Source: Octopus vulgaris
Taxonomy: Eukaryota
Length of the DNA stretch: 64,000 bases
Direction: 5' to 3'
NCBI GenBank assembly: GCA_951406725.2
Contig: OX597822.1
Span: forward strand, 69,874,001-69,938,000
A program made the translations under genes and the position numbers. The notes below the pieces were generated by a model. That model did no database searches. It saw only the letters and a list, made by a program, of their open reading frames with translations, and was not told where the DNA came from. Of the stretch, positions 1-12,816 are shown one piece after another; positions within the stretch are counted from its first letter, which is position 1, and each line of letters starts with the position of its first letter.

Positions 1-540
1 CCCGGCAAGCCAAATGAGACCATAATCTCATGGCCTATGCCAGGGGCATTACCAGCCCACTTATGCATACCTTTTCCTTCTTTGGACACTAAACTCTGCT
101 TGCGAAGACCTGTTGAGGCAAGTGAAATCAAAAATCAAAATCAAAATCAATTCGATGACTGGCGTCCGTGCTAGCGGGGTTCAAAGAGCAACATATGAGT
201 GTGTTCATTGACAGAGCAGCTAACAGGCCTCCATGCCAGTGGCACTTAAAAGGCACCATTCGAGCGTTGCCTTACTGGCACTCGAGCCCCATGCTAGTAG
301 GATATTAAGAGTACCATCCGAGCATGATCATTGCCAGAGCGGCTATCAGGCCTCCGTGCCAGTGGCACGTAAAAGCACCCACTATACTCTCAGAGTGGTT
401 GGCGTTAGGAAGGGCATCCAGCTGTAGAAACTCTGCCAGATCAAGATTGAAGCCTGGTGCAGCCATTTGGTTCGCCAGCCTTCAGTCATTCGTCCAACCC
501 ATGCTAGCATGGAAAGCAGACGTTAAATGATGATGATGAT
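1..540 (+). mobile_element. SINE family C (3' part, ends in (GAT)n tail)
   Basis: Block 'ggttggcgttaggaagggcatccagctgtagaaac...catgctagcatggaaagcagacgttaaatgatgatgat' recurs at about 8165, 12330, 18971, 22257, 22850, 45800, 55185 and 59863 in both orientations; non-coding. Confidence 0.8.
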
Positions 541-574
541 ATATATATATATATATTCTTTTATTCTTTTAGTA

Positions 575-970
575 TTTTACTTGTTTCAGTCAGTTGACTG
601 TGCCTATGCTGGAGCACCATCTAGAAGGGTTTTAGTTGAACAAATTGACACCAGGACTTATTTCATAAGCCTAGAACTTATTCTATAGGTCTCTCTTGTC
701 AAACCAATAAGTTATGGGGATGTAAACTTGCCAACACCAGTAGTCAACCAGTGATGGGGAACAAATACAGACACAAAGACACAGACGCATGCACGTGCGT
801 GCGCACACACACACACACACGACAGGCTTCTTCCTGTGTCCATCTAAAAAATCCACTCACAAAGCTTTGGTTAGCCTGAGGCTATAGTGGAAGATATCTA
901 CCCAAGGTGCCATGCAGTGGGACTGAACCTGGAACCATGTGGTTGGGAAGCTTCTTATCACCACACAGCC
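575..970 (-). mobile_element. tRNA-derived SINE family A
   Basis: Reverse complement of the full copy at 40991-41441 (tail ttttacttgtttcagtca..., head ...accacacagcc). Confidence 0.8.
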
Positions 971-984
971 TATATATATATATA

Positions 985-2098
985 TCTTTATATATATAAA
1001 ACTGAAGATGTCTATCTGTCTGTCTGTGTGTTTCCCTAAAACTTGAGAACTACACAACCAATTTCATTCAAATTTTACACATGCCTTACTTAGGGTCTGG
1101 GGAATGTCACCGGCAAAAAAATTTTTTTACTTTTTGCCTAGGGCGAGCCCACAGCAATATCATATCTTCTCCACTACAATTCCCTAAAACTTGAGAACTA
1201 CACAACCAATTTCATTCAAATTTTACACATGCTTTACTTAAGGTCCATGTAGTTTCATGGGCAAAAAAATTGTTCAACTTCTTGCCTAGAGCGAGCCCAT
1301 AGCAATATCATATCTTCTCCACTATTTCAGTATTACGTGTTAAAAGTGAAACAAAAACATTTCTCTATTTTATGTCAGATACTTTCACTTTAACAATAAA
1401 AATAATAATAACAATTGAATTATATGTAGTAAGTAATACTTAAAATCAAACTAAAGTATAATATAATCGTAACATAACAAAAGTAAAAATAGCAATTGGT
1501 ATAAAATTGCATCAATGACTTGAACTTGAATAAGTGGTTTCACATGAATCGGAATAAATTAAAAATAAAATTAGCGTGCAGAAATGGAGTAGTCCAGATG
1601 GATAATAAAAAATTAAATTAAAGAAAAGACTATTGTCTATAAAGTATACAATGTAGAGAAAAAAGAAGATTTGAACGCACGGAGGAAAGCACCTTCGAAA
1701 AATGTCTTGGTGCGACTATGAAAGATAGTAAATTCACCACAATAGAAGCAAGGTTCGAGTCAACGGAGCGTGCAAGGGAGTACTTGACTCAAACTTGCAA
1801 AGTGAAAATATTTTATTTTTACCTTTATAGTAGAGGTAGGCTGGATTGTAGCCACACTTCTATACAAGAGGGAGGACAAGATACAATTGATCGAAATTAC
1901 AAGAGACAGGCTAACAATTCCAGTCTGTTATATATTTTGAGTATTGTTATCACTAGCGATATCAAGATATAACTTTGTATATTGTATTTTATGTGTAGAT
2001 GTATATATATAGATGTACATGTAATATGTACACATATATATACACATATATACATGCACTAGCACTATGACCCGGCAACGACGGGTCTTAAATGCTAG
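985..2098 (+). mobile_element. Non-autonomous Helitron
   Basis: A|TC 5' end at 985; 3' hairpin GACCCG-gcaacga-CGGGTC (2069-2087) followed by CTAG|T (2095-2099); no TSD; internal ~148-bp tandem duplication (starts ~1032 and ~1180). Confidence 0.8.
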
Positions 2099-3460
2099 TA
2101 TATATATATATATATATATTGGCCTGCTCGCTTAGCCAGCGGGGTGGCATCATTTGAAGGCTAAAACAATGTGAAGCGCATTGTGACCAGTGATGTGTAG
2201 CAATATTTGATAGCCTTGTCGGTTCATCATCATTCATCATATATATGCTACAGAACTTCCCAAAATTAAACACTGATATCTAAGAATTATCTTAGGTGTT
2301 ATCTAAGCTTAATAAGATTGTCTCAGAAGAAAAAATAAGGTTGTCTCAGTAGCAGTAGTGTATGTAATCTCAACAATCTATGAATCCACAAACACTTTTC
2401 ACTTTACTAGAATGAAGGACAACTCAAAATAACAAGACTGAGACAAACAAAATTCATAAATAAGTACAGTAAATTTGTATTCCCCTCATCAGCTGCCAAA
2501 CAGATTTCACTATAGTTTCAACACTTGGGCAGTACCATTCAATTCGATGGTTTTAGACTGTCAAATAAATACGGTTTTCTTTTCTCTACTTGGTATTTCA
2601 TCATATGTCTGAAATTTCAAAAACAATAAACAAAAGTTGTAGATGAAGAATAGAGCTATAAAAAAAAAACATAAGACACTATGATAAAAATATTTTTTAA
2701 ATGTTGGTAAGGGTTAAAATAAATGGTTGGGGTAGGGAAACAAACAAATTTATCTGTCAACCCAATATGTGTGTGTGTGTGTATGTACATACATACATAC
2801 CCACATACACACACATATTAAAACCTGTTGCCTTTATCAACTGATTTAGTCTGACATTAAGAATGCCAAATTTATTTGCCATTATTAATGCCATGCTAAT
2901 ACCACCAGGTCTGTTACTCCATTTGGTAATTAACTATAATTCCAAATAAACTATGCATTAAAGCATATCTAAAAGATCATTATGAAATCATTAGCTCCCC
3001 ACATGAAGGTGTATGCAGTGTTTCGTGAATTACAACAAATAATAGAATTTTTAAGTCTCATCATGTTAAGAGACGAAAACAACATACTGCTAGTATCTTG
3101 CGACAAATTAAGTATCAGTTGCATACTGGCCCCCTCGCCCAAAAAATTTCGAGCCTTGTGTCTTCTATTATAGCCCTAGGCCAAACAAAGCCTTGTGAGT
3201 GGATATGTATGTATGTATGTATGTGTTTGTCACCACCACCGTTTGTCAACCAGTATTAGTTTGTTTATGTCCCCATAACTTTGTGATTTGGCATTGGAGA
3301 TTGGCAGAATAAATGCCAGGCTCAAAAAGTATGTACTGGAGTTGATTCATTCGACTTCAAAATTCTTCAAGGCTGCACCTCAGCATCATTGCAGTCCTGG
3401 GCTGACTAATGCTTTGCGAGTGAATTCAGTAGACGGAAACTGTGTGGAAGCTCATATAGC

Positions 3461-3493
<33 letters not shown>

Positions 3494-3934
3494 TTGTGCT
3501 TGTCCGCCTCCTCCCGCAACCTAGAAGATCGATAGAATAAGCAACAGATTTTTTAACAAATTTATATATTGAGTCTAACTTGTTCGCCTAATTCATTCAG
3601 GGCAGTGCATCAGCCAAACTAAACGGCAATGACTGAAACAAGTAAAAAATAAAAGATAGCAGTGTGCATTGATATCAAATGCAGAACCACTTGCTCCGTT
3701 TAACTTGCGCAGGTCCCTCCCGTCCGAGGTTAACTAAAAGTACTGAGCCCGTGGCCGCCGTGAAACAATACGGCTTGCATTGAAAAAATTGCTTCTTTTA
3801 TGGTAAAGGTGAGAGCATCACAACTCGTTTACTTCTCCCATGTAGATACAATGTAAAACTCAATTATTTCCCAAGCTATGTGAATTTTCACCAGGATAAA
3901 AAAAAAGAAAAGAAAGTATTGGTGCCAGTGCAGG

Positions 3935-3942
3935 GTCACGTG
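3935..3942 (+). promoter_or_regulatory. E-box GTCACGTG in the likely proximal promoter of the fucosyltransferase gene
   Basis: Motif ~100 bp upstream of ATG 4043 in a repeat-free, CpG-retaining segment (~3690-4130); function inferred only. Confidence 0.35.
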
Positions 3943-4042
3943 GAAATTTAATACCTGGTTTCATTATTTTACATGACACCGGCTATCGCAAACCAGCTGA
4001 AACTTGATGGTCTTCAAATAGAAACAGCAGAAACGTCCAAAC

Positions 4043-4132
4043 ATGTTCCCTGTGGTCCGACAATGTCTCTTTCGCTATTTTCTCGTCGCTTTTCTTATAA
4101 TCTTTGCCATCATCATGATTTTAGGATTCACC
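4043..4132 (+). CDS. FUT10: FUT10/FUT11-family fucosyltransferase, coding exon 1 (N-terminal signal/membrane anchor)
   Basis: ATG 4043 gives MFPVVRQCLFRYFLVAFLIIFAIIMILGFT then GTAAGT donor, phase 0; short basic tail plus hydrophobic stretch; in-frame TAG upstream at 4019-4021. Confidence 0.75.
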
Positions 4133-5760
4133 GTAAGTAGTTCTTCGAATATTTTTTTTTTTTTCATTTAGACGGAGACATTTCTTCACCATTCCTTACC
4201 AATTGATATTCAAATGTTTATCCTTCCCTTCAACTGTCACAATATTATCTTCATTTATTTGTCGTTCATATACTTAGTTATATATATATATATGTTTCTT
4301 TTCTTTTTTTTTATCAACAACCAGTTCCACACACACACACACATATACGCGTGTTTACGTACGTTATATTTCGCTAATATTTTGTTATTGTTTAGTCTTT
4401 GGTACATGACTGCTTAAATCAATTTCTGCAAGGATCAAACTTTACATTTCATTCCTCCTGGGTCGATAAAATAAGAAACAGAAATATATTTTATATTTTC
4501 AGTTGGTCGTCTTTTCCCCAACTTCATTCAAATAAATTGACTTTGAACCTTGTCAAAAGATATTTTTTCATACACAGATTCCTAAATTCCGTTTAACTCG
4601 ACATGTGCTCAGTGTTTCGTAAGTGTAATGGTAATATTCATTGAAAGGAATCTATTATATTACTCGTATTTTTTTTTTTGTATTAGCCTTAGATCGTCCT
4701 TCATGGAGCCCACCCATGATGAAAGCATTTCTAACCATGTCCGTGAGATCGTTTTTCAGGTGTTGTGCATATACCCTAGACTACATTATCCAGTACGTCA
4801 TTTTTTAAAGAAAGTACGGTGTGATGTGATGGAGATTTGGCTATTATTTCCAGCTGATTAAGCGACCGCGTAGAGTCTTGAAATGTGAAAAATCACCCTT
4901 GTTATGACTTAAATTCCAAACTTAGATGGCTAAGACTAAATACAATTAAACATTTAATTTGGAGTTCTCTCTCTTATTAATTAGCTTTTATTTCATTATT
5001 TCTTTATTTTCGTTTTGTTATCGCCACTTTTATTTTGTTGCTGTTGCAACTGATGACGATAGACCTTAAGTAATACAGCAAATTAATCCTTATATGGATT
5101 TTTTTGTCTATTTTCTTTTTACTTATGATTATTTTTATTATTATTTTTCATACTTTCAGCGAAACGCGTAAAGAAAAGGTGTCACACACATATTCTTTAA
5201 AAAAATAAAATAAATAAAGGATGATTTTTCAATTCCTCCCTCTTCTCCCCAAATATTCACTTTGCAAATCTTTTAACAAATGAAATTAATAGATCTCGTC
5301 TTTTGTTTATATATTATATCTTAATTATTGAAAAAAAAAAAATCTTAACTCTTCCTCGTGTACAAAAAATATTAAGGAAAGAAAAGACGGATGAAAACAT
5401 TTATTGATTGCAGAAATCACTGTCGATGACAACTGAAGACCAGCGTGTTTTGAAATTATTTGAAATTATCCCCAAAAAAAAAAAAGAAAAAAAGCACGCG
5501 CACACACACACACACACCATATGTAGGTACTTGTTACGTCTAGTGCTACATTCAACGGAAACCATTTAGATAATACCTTTTCCCTGTTTTTACTCGCATA
5601 GCCAATAATTATCTATTTAACTGCATACTGGGTTTTCTCTTTTACGGTGGTTTGATTTTTCTGTCTGGTATACGTGTAATAAATCTGATGGTCATAACGA
5701 TAGCGTATCGTTTGGCTTTACAACACGAACCGTCTTGAATAGTCGCAACGAAGGAATGGG

Positions 5761-5848
5761 TTGTGTATAGATGTATAGAGAGCATGGGAATGGGTGATTT
5801 GAATTTGTGTATAGATGTATAGAGAGCATGGGAATGGGTGATTTGAAT
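5761..5848. repeat. Perfect 44-bp tandem duplication
   Basis: ttgtgtatagatgtatagagagcatgggaatgggtgatttgaat x2. Confidence 0.9.
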
Positions 5849-5994
5849 TTCCTGTCTTTTCTCCAGTAGGATTGGTTTGAATGCTACGTGAAAACTTGTA
5901 TCGTTCCGTCAACTTTTCTTATGGGAAATATTACTTCGTTGTTCTTTCTTTCATTCTCCGTGTTTTGTGTGGGTGTAGATCGACGCTTAACACG

Positions 5995-6338
5995 CATATA
6001 TATGTATGTGTGTACATATATATGTGTGTACATATATATGTGTATGTGTGTATATGTATGTATATATATATATAAGAATGTGTATATATATGAATGTGTA
6101 TATATATGAATGTGTATATATATGAATGTGTATATATAGGAATGTGTTCATATATAGGAATGTGTTCATATATATCAATGTGTTCATATATATCAATGTG
6201 TTCATATATATCAATGTGTTCATATATATCAATGTATATATATATATATATGAATGTATACATATGAATATATACATATGTATGTATATATGTATGTATA
6301 TATGTATGTATATATGTATATATATATATGTATATATG

Positions 6339-6373
<35 letters not shown>

Positions 6374-6418
6374 GTATATATGTATATGTGTATGTATATA
6401 TATATATATGTATATGTG

Positions 6419-6455
<37 letters not shown>

Positions 6456-7610
6456 GTATATATGTATGTATGTATATATATATATGTGTATATATATATA
6501 TGATTGATTGATTGATTCTAGTTTCAGCTTATGAGCTGTGGCCATGCTGGGGCACCGCCATATATATATATGTGTGTATGTATGTATATGTATGTATATA
6601 TGTGTATGTATGTATATATGTGTATGTATATATATGTGTATGTGTATGTGTATATATGTGTATGTATATATATGTATATATGTGTATGTGTATATATGTG
6701 TATGTATATATATGTGTATGTATGTATGTGTGTATGTATATATGTATGTGTGTGTATGTATATATGTATGTGTATGTATGTATGTGTATGTATATATATG
6801 TATGTGTATGTATATATATGTATGTGTATGTATATATATATATGTGTATATATATATATATGTGTATGTATGTGTATATGTGTATATATATATATGTGTA
6901 TGTATATATATATGTGTATGTATATATATATGTGTGTGTATGTGTATATGTGTATATATGTGTGTGTGTATGTGTATATATATATGTGTATGTATATGTG
7001 TGTGTATGTATGTGTATATGTATGTATATGTGTATGTATTGGGTTGATGCATAAATATTGCATCATATTTTCAAAAGATTTTATTTAAAAAAATCCATTA
7101 ACAATATTTAAAAACAAAACATCTTTAAATGACGGTCTGACCATTTGACAAGCGATTGGGAAACTAATTAGATTGCAAATATGCTCCGGAATAATCATTT
7201 AAAGATGTTTTTGTTGAAAACAAGCTACATTGATTATACACCAAACAAATATATGTGTATGTATGTATGTATATATATATGTGTGTGTGTGTGTATATAT
7301 ATGTATGTGTATGTATGTATGTATGTGTATGTATATATGTATGTATGTATGTGTATGTATATGTATGTATGTGTATGTATATATATGTATGTATGTGTAT
7401 GTATATATATGTATGTATGTGTATGTATATATATGTATGTGTATGTATATATATGTATGTGTATGTATATATATGTATGTGTATGTATATATATGTATGT
7501 GTATGTATATATATGTATGTGTATGTATATATATGTATGTATGTGTATGTATATATGTATGTTTCTGTGTATGTAGGTGTGTATGTGTGTATATGTATAT
7601 ATATATAAAG
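5995..7610. repeat. Compound (TA)/(TG)/(TATG) microsatellite tracts with an 18-bp minisatellite at ~6130-6235
   Basis: Seen directly; explains the YIYI/HTHI ORFs in all frames. Confidence 0.95.
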
Positions 7611-8095
7611 ATGAGAATGTGTGAATCCCTAAAACTTGAGAACTACACAACCAGTTTCTTTAAAATTTTACACATGCCTCACTTAGGGTCCATGTAGTGT
7701 CATAGGCCAAAAAAAATTTTAACTTCTTGCCTTGGGCAAGCCCACAGCAAATATCATATCTTCACTATTTCAGTATTATATGTAGAATAAAATTTTTGTA
7801 TGCACAAAAATTTACAAATATGTAAAACAGATCGAAAATATTGGGAATCGTAATAGAATAGACTTATTTGGAACTAATGAGGAATATGCTTGGCTATTCC
7901 TTAGATAATAATATAAACCAGATATTGAGTGTAATGCGATGCTTCATTTAGTAAATTTAACATGAAGTCCTTGGTGAAATACATGTAAACAAATGGAGAA
8001 CAACACCAAATGAAAGATGGTATCAAAAGTGAAACAATAACATCTCTCTATTGTAATGTCAGATACTTTCACTTTAACAGTGAAACTATTATCTC
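7600..8095 (+). mobile_element. Truncated copy of the Helitron family at 985-2098
   Basis: Shares 'ccctaaaacttgagaactacacaacca...cttagggtccatgtag...aaaagtgaaaca...atgtcagatactttcactttaaca' with 1180-1395, plus a ~240-bp extra internal segment. Confidence 0.7.
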
Positions 8096-8125
8096 ACATA
8101 TATACAGGCATACATACGTATATAC

Positions 8126-8161
<36 letters not shown>

Positions 8162-8595
8162 TACACTTACGGAGTGGTTGGCGTTAGGAAGGGCATCCAG
8201 CCGTAGAAACGCTGCCAGATCTGACTGGGCCTGATGAAGCCTTCCAGCTTCACAGACCCCAGTTGAACCATCCAACCCATGCTAGCACGGAGAACGGACG
8301 CTAAATGATGATGATGATGATATATATATATATATACAGGAAAGGTTTGAAAATGCAATTTTAAAAGGTGTTTATTCACTTGACCAGTTTCACTTTTTTA
8401 GAAAAAGATTGTCAAAAGTAAAATGTAAAAGCTTTGTAAAAACTTCATAGTGTTAAGTACAGGTTGTCACAAAATATTACAATACATAATAATAAGAAAA
8501 ATGTTGATAATAATAAGAAAAATGTTAAAACAGTTTACAAGGAAAAATCTTGAGAAAATATTTGGATTTCATTAAAAATCATGTTTGTTTGGAAG

Positions 8596-8596
<1 letters not shown>

Positions 8597-8626
<30 letters not shown>

Positions 8627-8815
8627 ATATATATATATATATACACAGAAAAATTTATAATTTTCTTTGTATATATATGTATGTGTGTGTATATATATAT
8701 ATGTGTATATATGTATATATATATATATATATGTGTATATATGTATATATATATATGTGTATGTATATATATATGTATATATATATGTATATATATATGT
8801 ATGTATATATATATG

Positions 8816-8867
<52 letters not shown>

Positions 8868-9678
8868 TATGTATATATATGTATGTATATATATATATGT
8901 ATATATATGTATGTATATATATATATGTATATATATGTATGTATATATATATATGTATATATGTATATATATATGTGTATATATGTATATATATATGTAT
9001 ATATATATATGTGTGTATATATGTATATATATATGTATATATATATATGTGTGTATATATGTATATATATATGTATATATATATATGTGTGTATATATGT
9101 ATATATATACGTGTGTATATATGTATATATATATGTGTATATATGTATATATATATGTGTATATATGTATATATATGTGTGTATATATGTGTATATATGT
9201 ACATATATGTGTGTATATATATATATGTGTGTGTATATAATTTTTGGTTTTGTTAAACTATGTTAAGGCAAAAAAAAAACTTCTTGAGAAACCAAATAGT
9301 CTTTCCTTCCTTCATGCCAAGTTTGAAGAAAATATTTCTTTTGCATCTTACTTTTTTGGTCTGTTAGATATACTGCATTTTGTGGCATTATTTCAAGCTA
9401 GCTGGCTTTTTTTTGCGCAAACTGCACGTGCATTTTTCTCGTGTACACATAGTATCGATCACAAAAGCTGATGTACTTGCGCGTACAAATGCACGTTCCC
9501 ATGGCTTTATCGATCGCGTTTTCACCTGGAATCGATTTTTGTAATTTTTTCAAGACTTATACATGCTCTGATACCGTCGGTATCTACATATCAAATTTGA
9601 GTACAATAGGATGGAGGATGCCCAAGATCCTAGAAGACATACACACAGACAGACAGAATGGATTTTATATAATAGATA

Positions 9679-9709
<31 letters not shown>

Positions 9710-10419
9710 GACAGTATGTGTCACCATCCTCCTCCCATATATATATGTGTGTGTGTGTGTATGTATATTTATGTGTGTGTGTGTATGTATATTTATGTGT
9801 GTGTGTGTATGTATATTTATGTGTGTGTGTGTATGTATATTTATATGTGTGTGTGTGTGTGTATGTATTTTTATATATGTGTGTGTGTATGTATATTTAT
9901 ATATGTGTGTGTGTGTGTGTATATTTATATATGCGTGTGTGTATGTATATTTATGTGTGTGTATGTATATTTATATATGTGTGTGTGTATATTTATATAT
10001 ATGTGTGTGTATGTATATTTATGTGTGTGTGTGTGTGTGTGTATATTTATGTGTGTGTGTGTATGTATATTTATATATGTGTGTGTGTGTATGTATATTT
10101 ATATATGTGTGTGTGTGTATGTATATTTATATATGTGTGTGTGTGTATGTATATTTATATATGTGTGTGTGTGTGTATGTATATTTATATGTGTGTGCGT
10201 GTGTGTGTATGTATATATATATGTGTGTGCGTGTGTGTGTATGTATATTTATATATATATGTGTGTGTGTGTGTGTATGTATATTTATATATGTGTATAT
10301 ATATATATGTATATATGTGTATATATATATATGTATATATGTGTATATATATATGTATATATATGTATGTATATATGTAAATATGTATATATATGCATAT
10401 ATGTATATATGTATATATA
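8597..10419. repeat. Compound (TA)/(TG) microsatellite tracts (8597-9240 and ~9680-10419)
   Basis: Seen directly. Confidence 0.95.
9290..9676 (-). mobile_element. 5' end of a non-autonomous Helitron-like element
   Basis: Minus strand starts A|TCTATTATATAAAA then (TCTG)n; same layout as the 5' ends at 985 and 18428. Confidence 0.55.
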
Positions 10420-12025
10420 CAGTGGGAGTAATAAATATTCGTACATATCAAAATTCTTTATCTAATTTCGAATGAACATAAATGGGATATACCAAAACTA
10501 TATTTGCATACACATGCATAAACTAAGAATATGCAAAAGAAACTAATAAATTATAGTAACTAATGAATTTATATACAATTATAAATATTTAGGGGTGAAA
10601 AAAGTACTTGTACAGAATAAATTTGATTTTCTATGCCACAAAATGCTGTTAAAATAATTTTTTTTCTACTAGAACTTTCTCGTTTGTTCCAATAATCTTA
10701 TCAGTTGTCATCTTTAAGTGTCAAAACGCTAGCTTCTTCATTCAGCACTGAGACAACATAAAGTAGTATCGTAATAATGGCAAAAAGTAAAGAATTTACA
10801 AATTCAGTGAAAAATTTAATTATTGAACAGTGGAAAGCAGGTAAAAGTTACAGGAAAATATCAGAGACCCTTTGTATTCCATTTTCTACCATATCTTCAT
10901 TTATTCAAAGATATAAAAAAGTCGGGAACTGTTGAAAACAGAATAAGATCCGGTGCACCATGCAAGATTTCCCCTGATCTTTAAGAAAAATGAAGTGAAG
11001 AATCGAAAAAAAATGCAATGATCACCAGAAAGGAGTTGCTAGAAGATTTGTTAGCTTCAGGGACTAAGTTACACTACGAACAATCAGCAATGAACTTCAT
11101 AGGAATGAACCGAAGTCATGCTCTCCTAGAAAAACTCCACTGTTAACTAAAAGGCATAAGGATGCCCGTTTAAAATTTGTTTATGAACATAAAGATAAAT
11201 CTGATACATTCTGGGAAAATGTTCTATGGACAGACAAGTCGAAAATTGAATTGTTTGGAAGAAATTCGCGTAGCCATGTTTGGAGGAAAGATGGTAACAC
11301 CTATTCGCCATAAAACACAATTCCTACCATAAAGTTTGGAGGTGGCAACATCATGGTGTGGGGGTGTTTCTCTGCAAAGGGTACTGGCAATTAACATGTG
11401 ATAGATGGTAGAATGAATACAGAGATGTACCAAAATATTTTGAACAATAATTTATGGAACTCTGTAGAAAAGCTCCAGCTTTGTGAAGGGTAGGTTTTAC
11501 AACAGGATAACGACCCTAAGCACACGGCGAAGTCTATCAAAAAATGGATTGTTGATCACAATATAAAATTATTAGAATGGCCAAGCCAGTCCCCTGGCTT
11601 AAACCCCATTGAAAATTTGTGGTGTTATTTGAAAATTACAATTCATTCAAGAGTCCCAAAGTGCATTGCAGATTTGAAAAAAAATTTGTCAAGAAGAATG
11701 GGAAAAAATTCCTAATGAAACATGCAAGTCATTGATTAAGAACTACAAGAGATTGGTTGAAGTGGAACTGAATAATGGTTATGCTATGAAGTATTAAATC
11801 AGAATTATCAGTTATTTATGTTCTGTACAAATACTTTTTTCACCCCTAAATATTTATAATTGTATATAAATTCATTAGTTACTATAATTTATTAGTTTTT
11901 TTTTGCATATTCTTAGTTTATGCATGTCTATGCAAAGATAGTATTGGTATATCCCATTTATGTTCATTAGAAATTAAATAAATAAATAATTTTGACATAT
12001 ACGAATATTTATTTCCCTCCCACTG
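10420..12025 (+). mobile_element. Tc1-family DNA transposon (DD34E), full length, decayed
   Basis: TA|CAGTGGGAG...CTCCCACTG|TA; ~200-bp TIRs (10420-10617 and 11821-12025). Confidence 0.95.
10777..11797 (+). pseudogene. Tc1 transposase pseudogene
   Basis: MAKSKEFTNSVKNLIIEQWKAGKSYRKIS..., [28 protein letters not shown]...[15 protein letters not shown] (34 residues between D and E); in-frame stops and frameshifts. Confidence 0.92.
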
Positions 12026-12327
12026 TATATATATATATGGGTCAAAAAGTTGAAGTTTCAATGATGTGTTTGTTTATTTTTAGTCTGACATCGTAGGGTA
12101 AGTGTGAAAGGCTGAATATGGTCAGGCATATAAAACAGGTGTAATATTTGAGTCGGCTATGGCCAGTTTAGATGCTAAAGAGTTAACTGCCTCAAAAAAT
12201 TAAGAAGAATCTTCAAGCATCAAACTGCATCAAGAAGTTTATAGGAGAAAACCAATGTCCTCTTTGCTATAAGAGAAAAATATTACTTCCTTCATTATCA
12301 TTTGTTTTAACATGTTATAAAACATTT

Positions 12328-12742
12328 CATCGTTTAGCATTCGCTTTCCATGCTGGCATGGGTTGGATGGTTCAACTGGGGTCTGGGAAGCCAGAAGGTT
12401 GCACCAGGCTTAGTCTGATCTGGCAATGTTTCTATGGCTGGATGCCCTTCCTAACGCCAACCACTCCATGAGTGTAGTGGCTGCTTTTCACGTGCCACCG
12501 GCACAGGTGCCAGACGAGGCTGGCAAACGGCCACGATCGGATGGTGCTTTTTACATGCCACCGGCACGGAGGCCAGGCCAGGCTGGTAACGGCCACGATC
12601 GGATGGTGCTTTTTACGTGCCACTGGCACGGAGGCAGTCGGGGCGGCGCTGGCAATGGCCACATTCGGATGGTTCTCATATGTGCCACCGGCACTGGTAT
12701 CACAGCTACGATTTCCATTGATGTTGATCGATTTTGATTTTG
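12328..12742 (-). mobile_element. SINE family C copy abutting the FUT10 exon 2 acceptor
   Basis: Reverse complement of the 1-540 family, with internal ~55-bp sub-repeats 'cggatggtgcttttta(c)gtgcca'. Confidence 0.8.
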
Positions 12743-12761
12743 TTTTTTTTTTTTATTTCAG

Positions 12762-12816
12762 ATGCTTATCACTGGAGAGGAGAAGGTCTTCATCAATGAA
12801 CCCATGGTTTTCAAAG
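12762..12816 (+). CDS. FUT10: FUT10/11 coding exon 2 (stem region)
   Basis: Strong acceptor t(14)atttcag; MLITGEEKVFINEPMVFK+G; donor AAG|GTATGA; phase 0 to 1, the bridge needed between exon 1 and exon 3; no homology support. Confidence 0.65.

Noticed and set aside
2420-3800. Possible divergent minus-strand gene (acceptor-like site ~2610, CpG-rich 3690-3790)
   Set aside because: Only short ORFs, no recognisable protein and no consistent exon chain
6126-6240. Regular 18-bp repeat array (CRISPR-like at first glance)
   Set aside because: Head-to-tail minisatellite with no unique spacers, in a eukaryotic intron
8231-8250. CTGATGA hammerhead-like core
   Set aside because: Point variant of the SINE C sequence cctggtgcagcc; no GAAA or stems
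5881-10475. Long ORFs up to 373 aa ([12 protein letters not shown])
   Set aside because: Translations of TA/TG microsatellites, open in several frames on both strands
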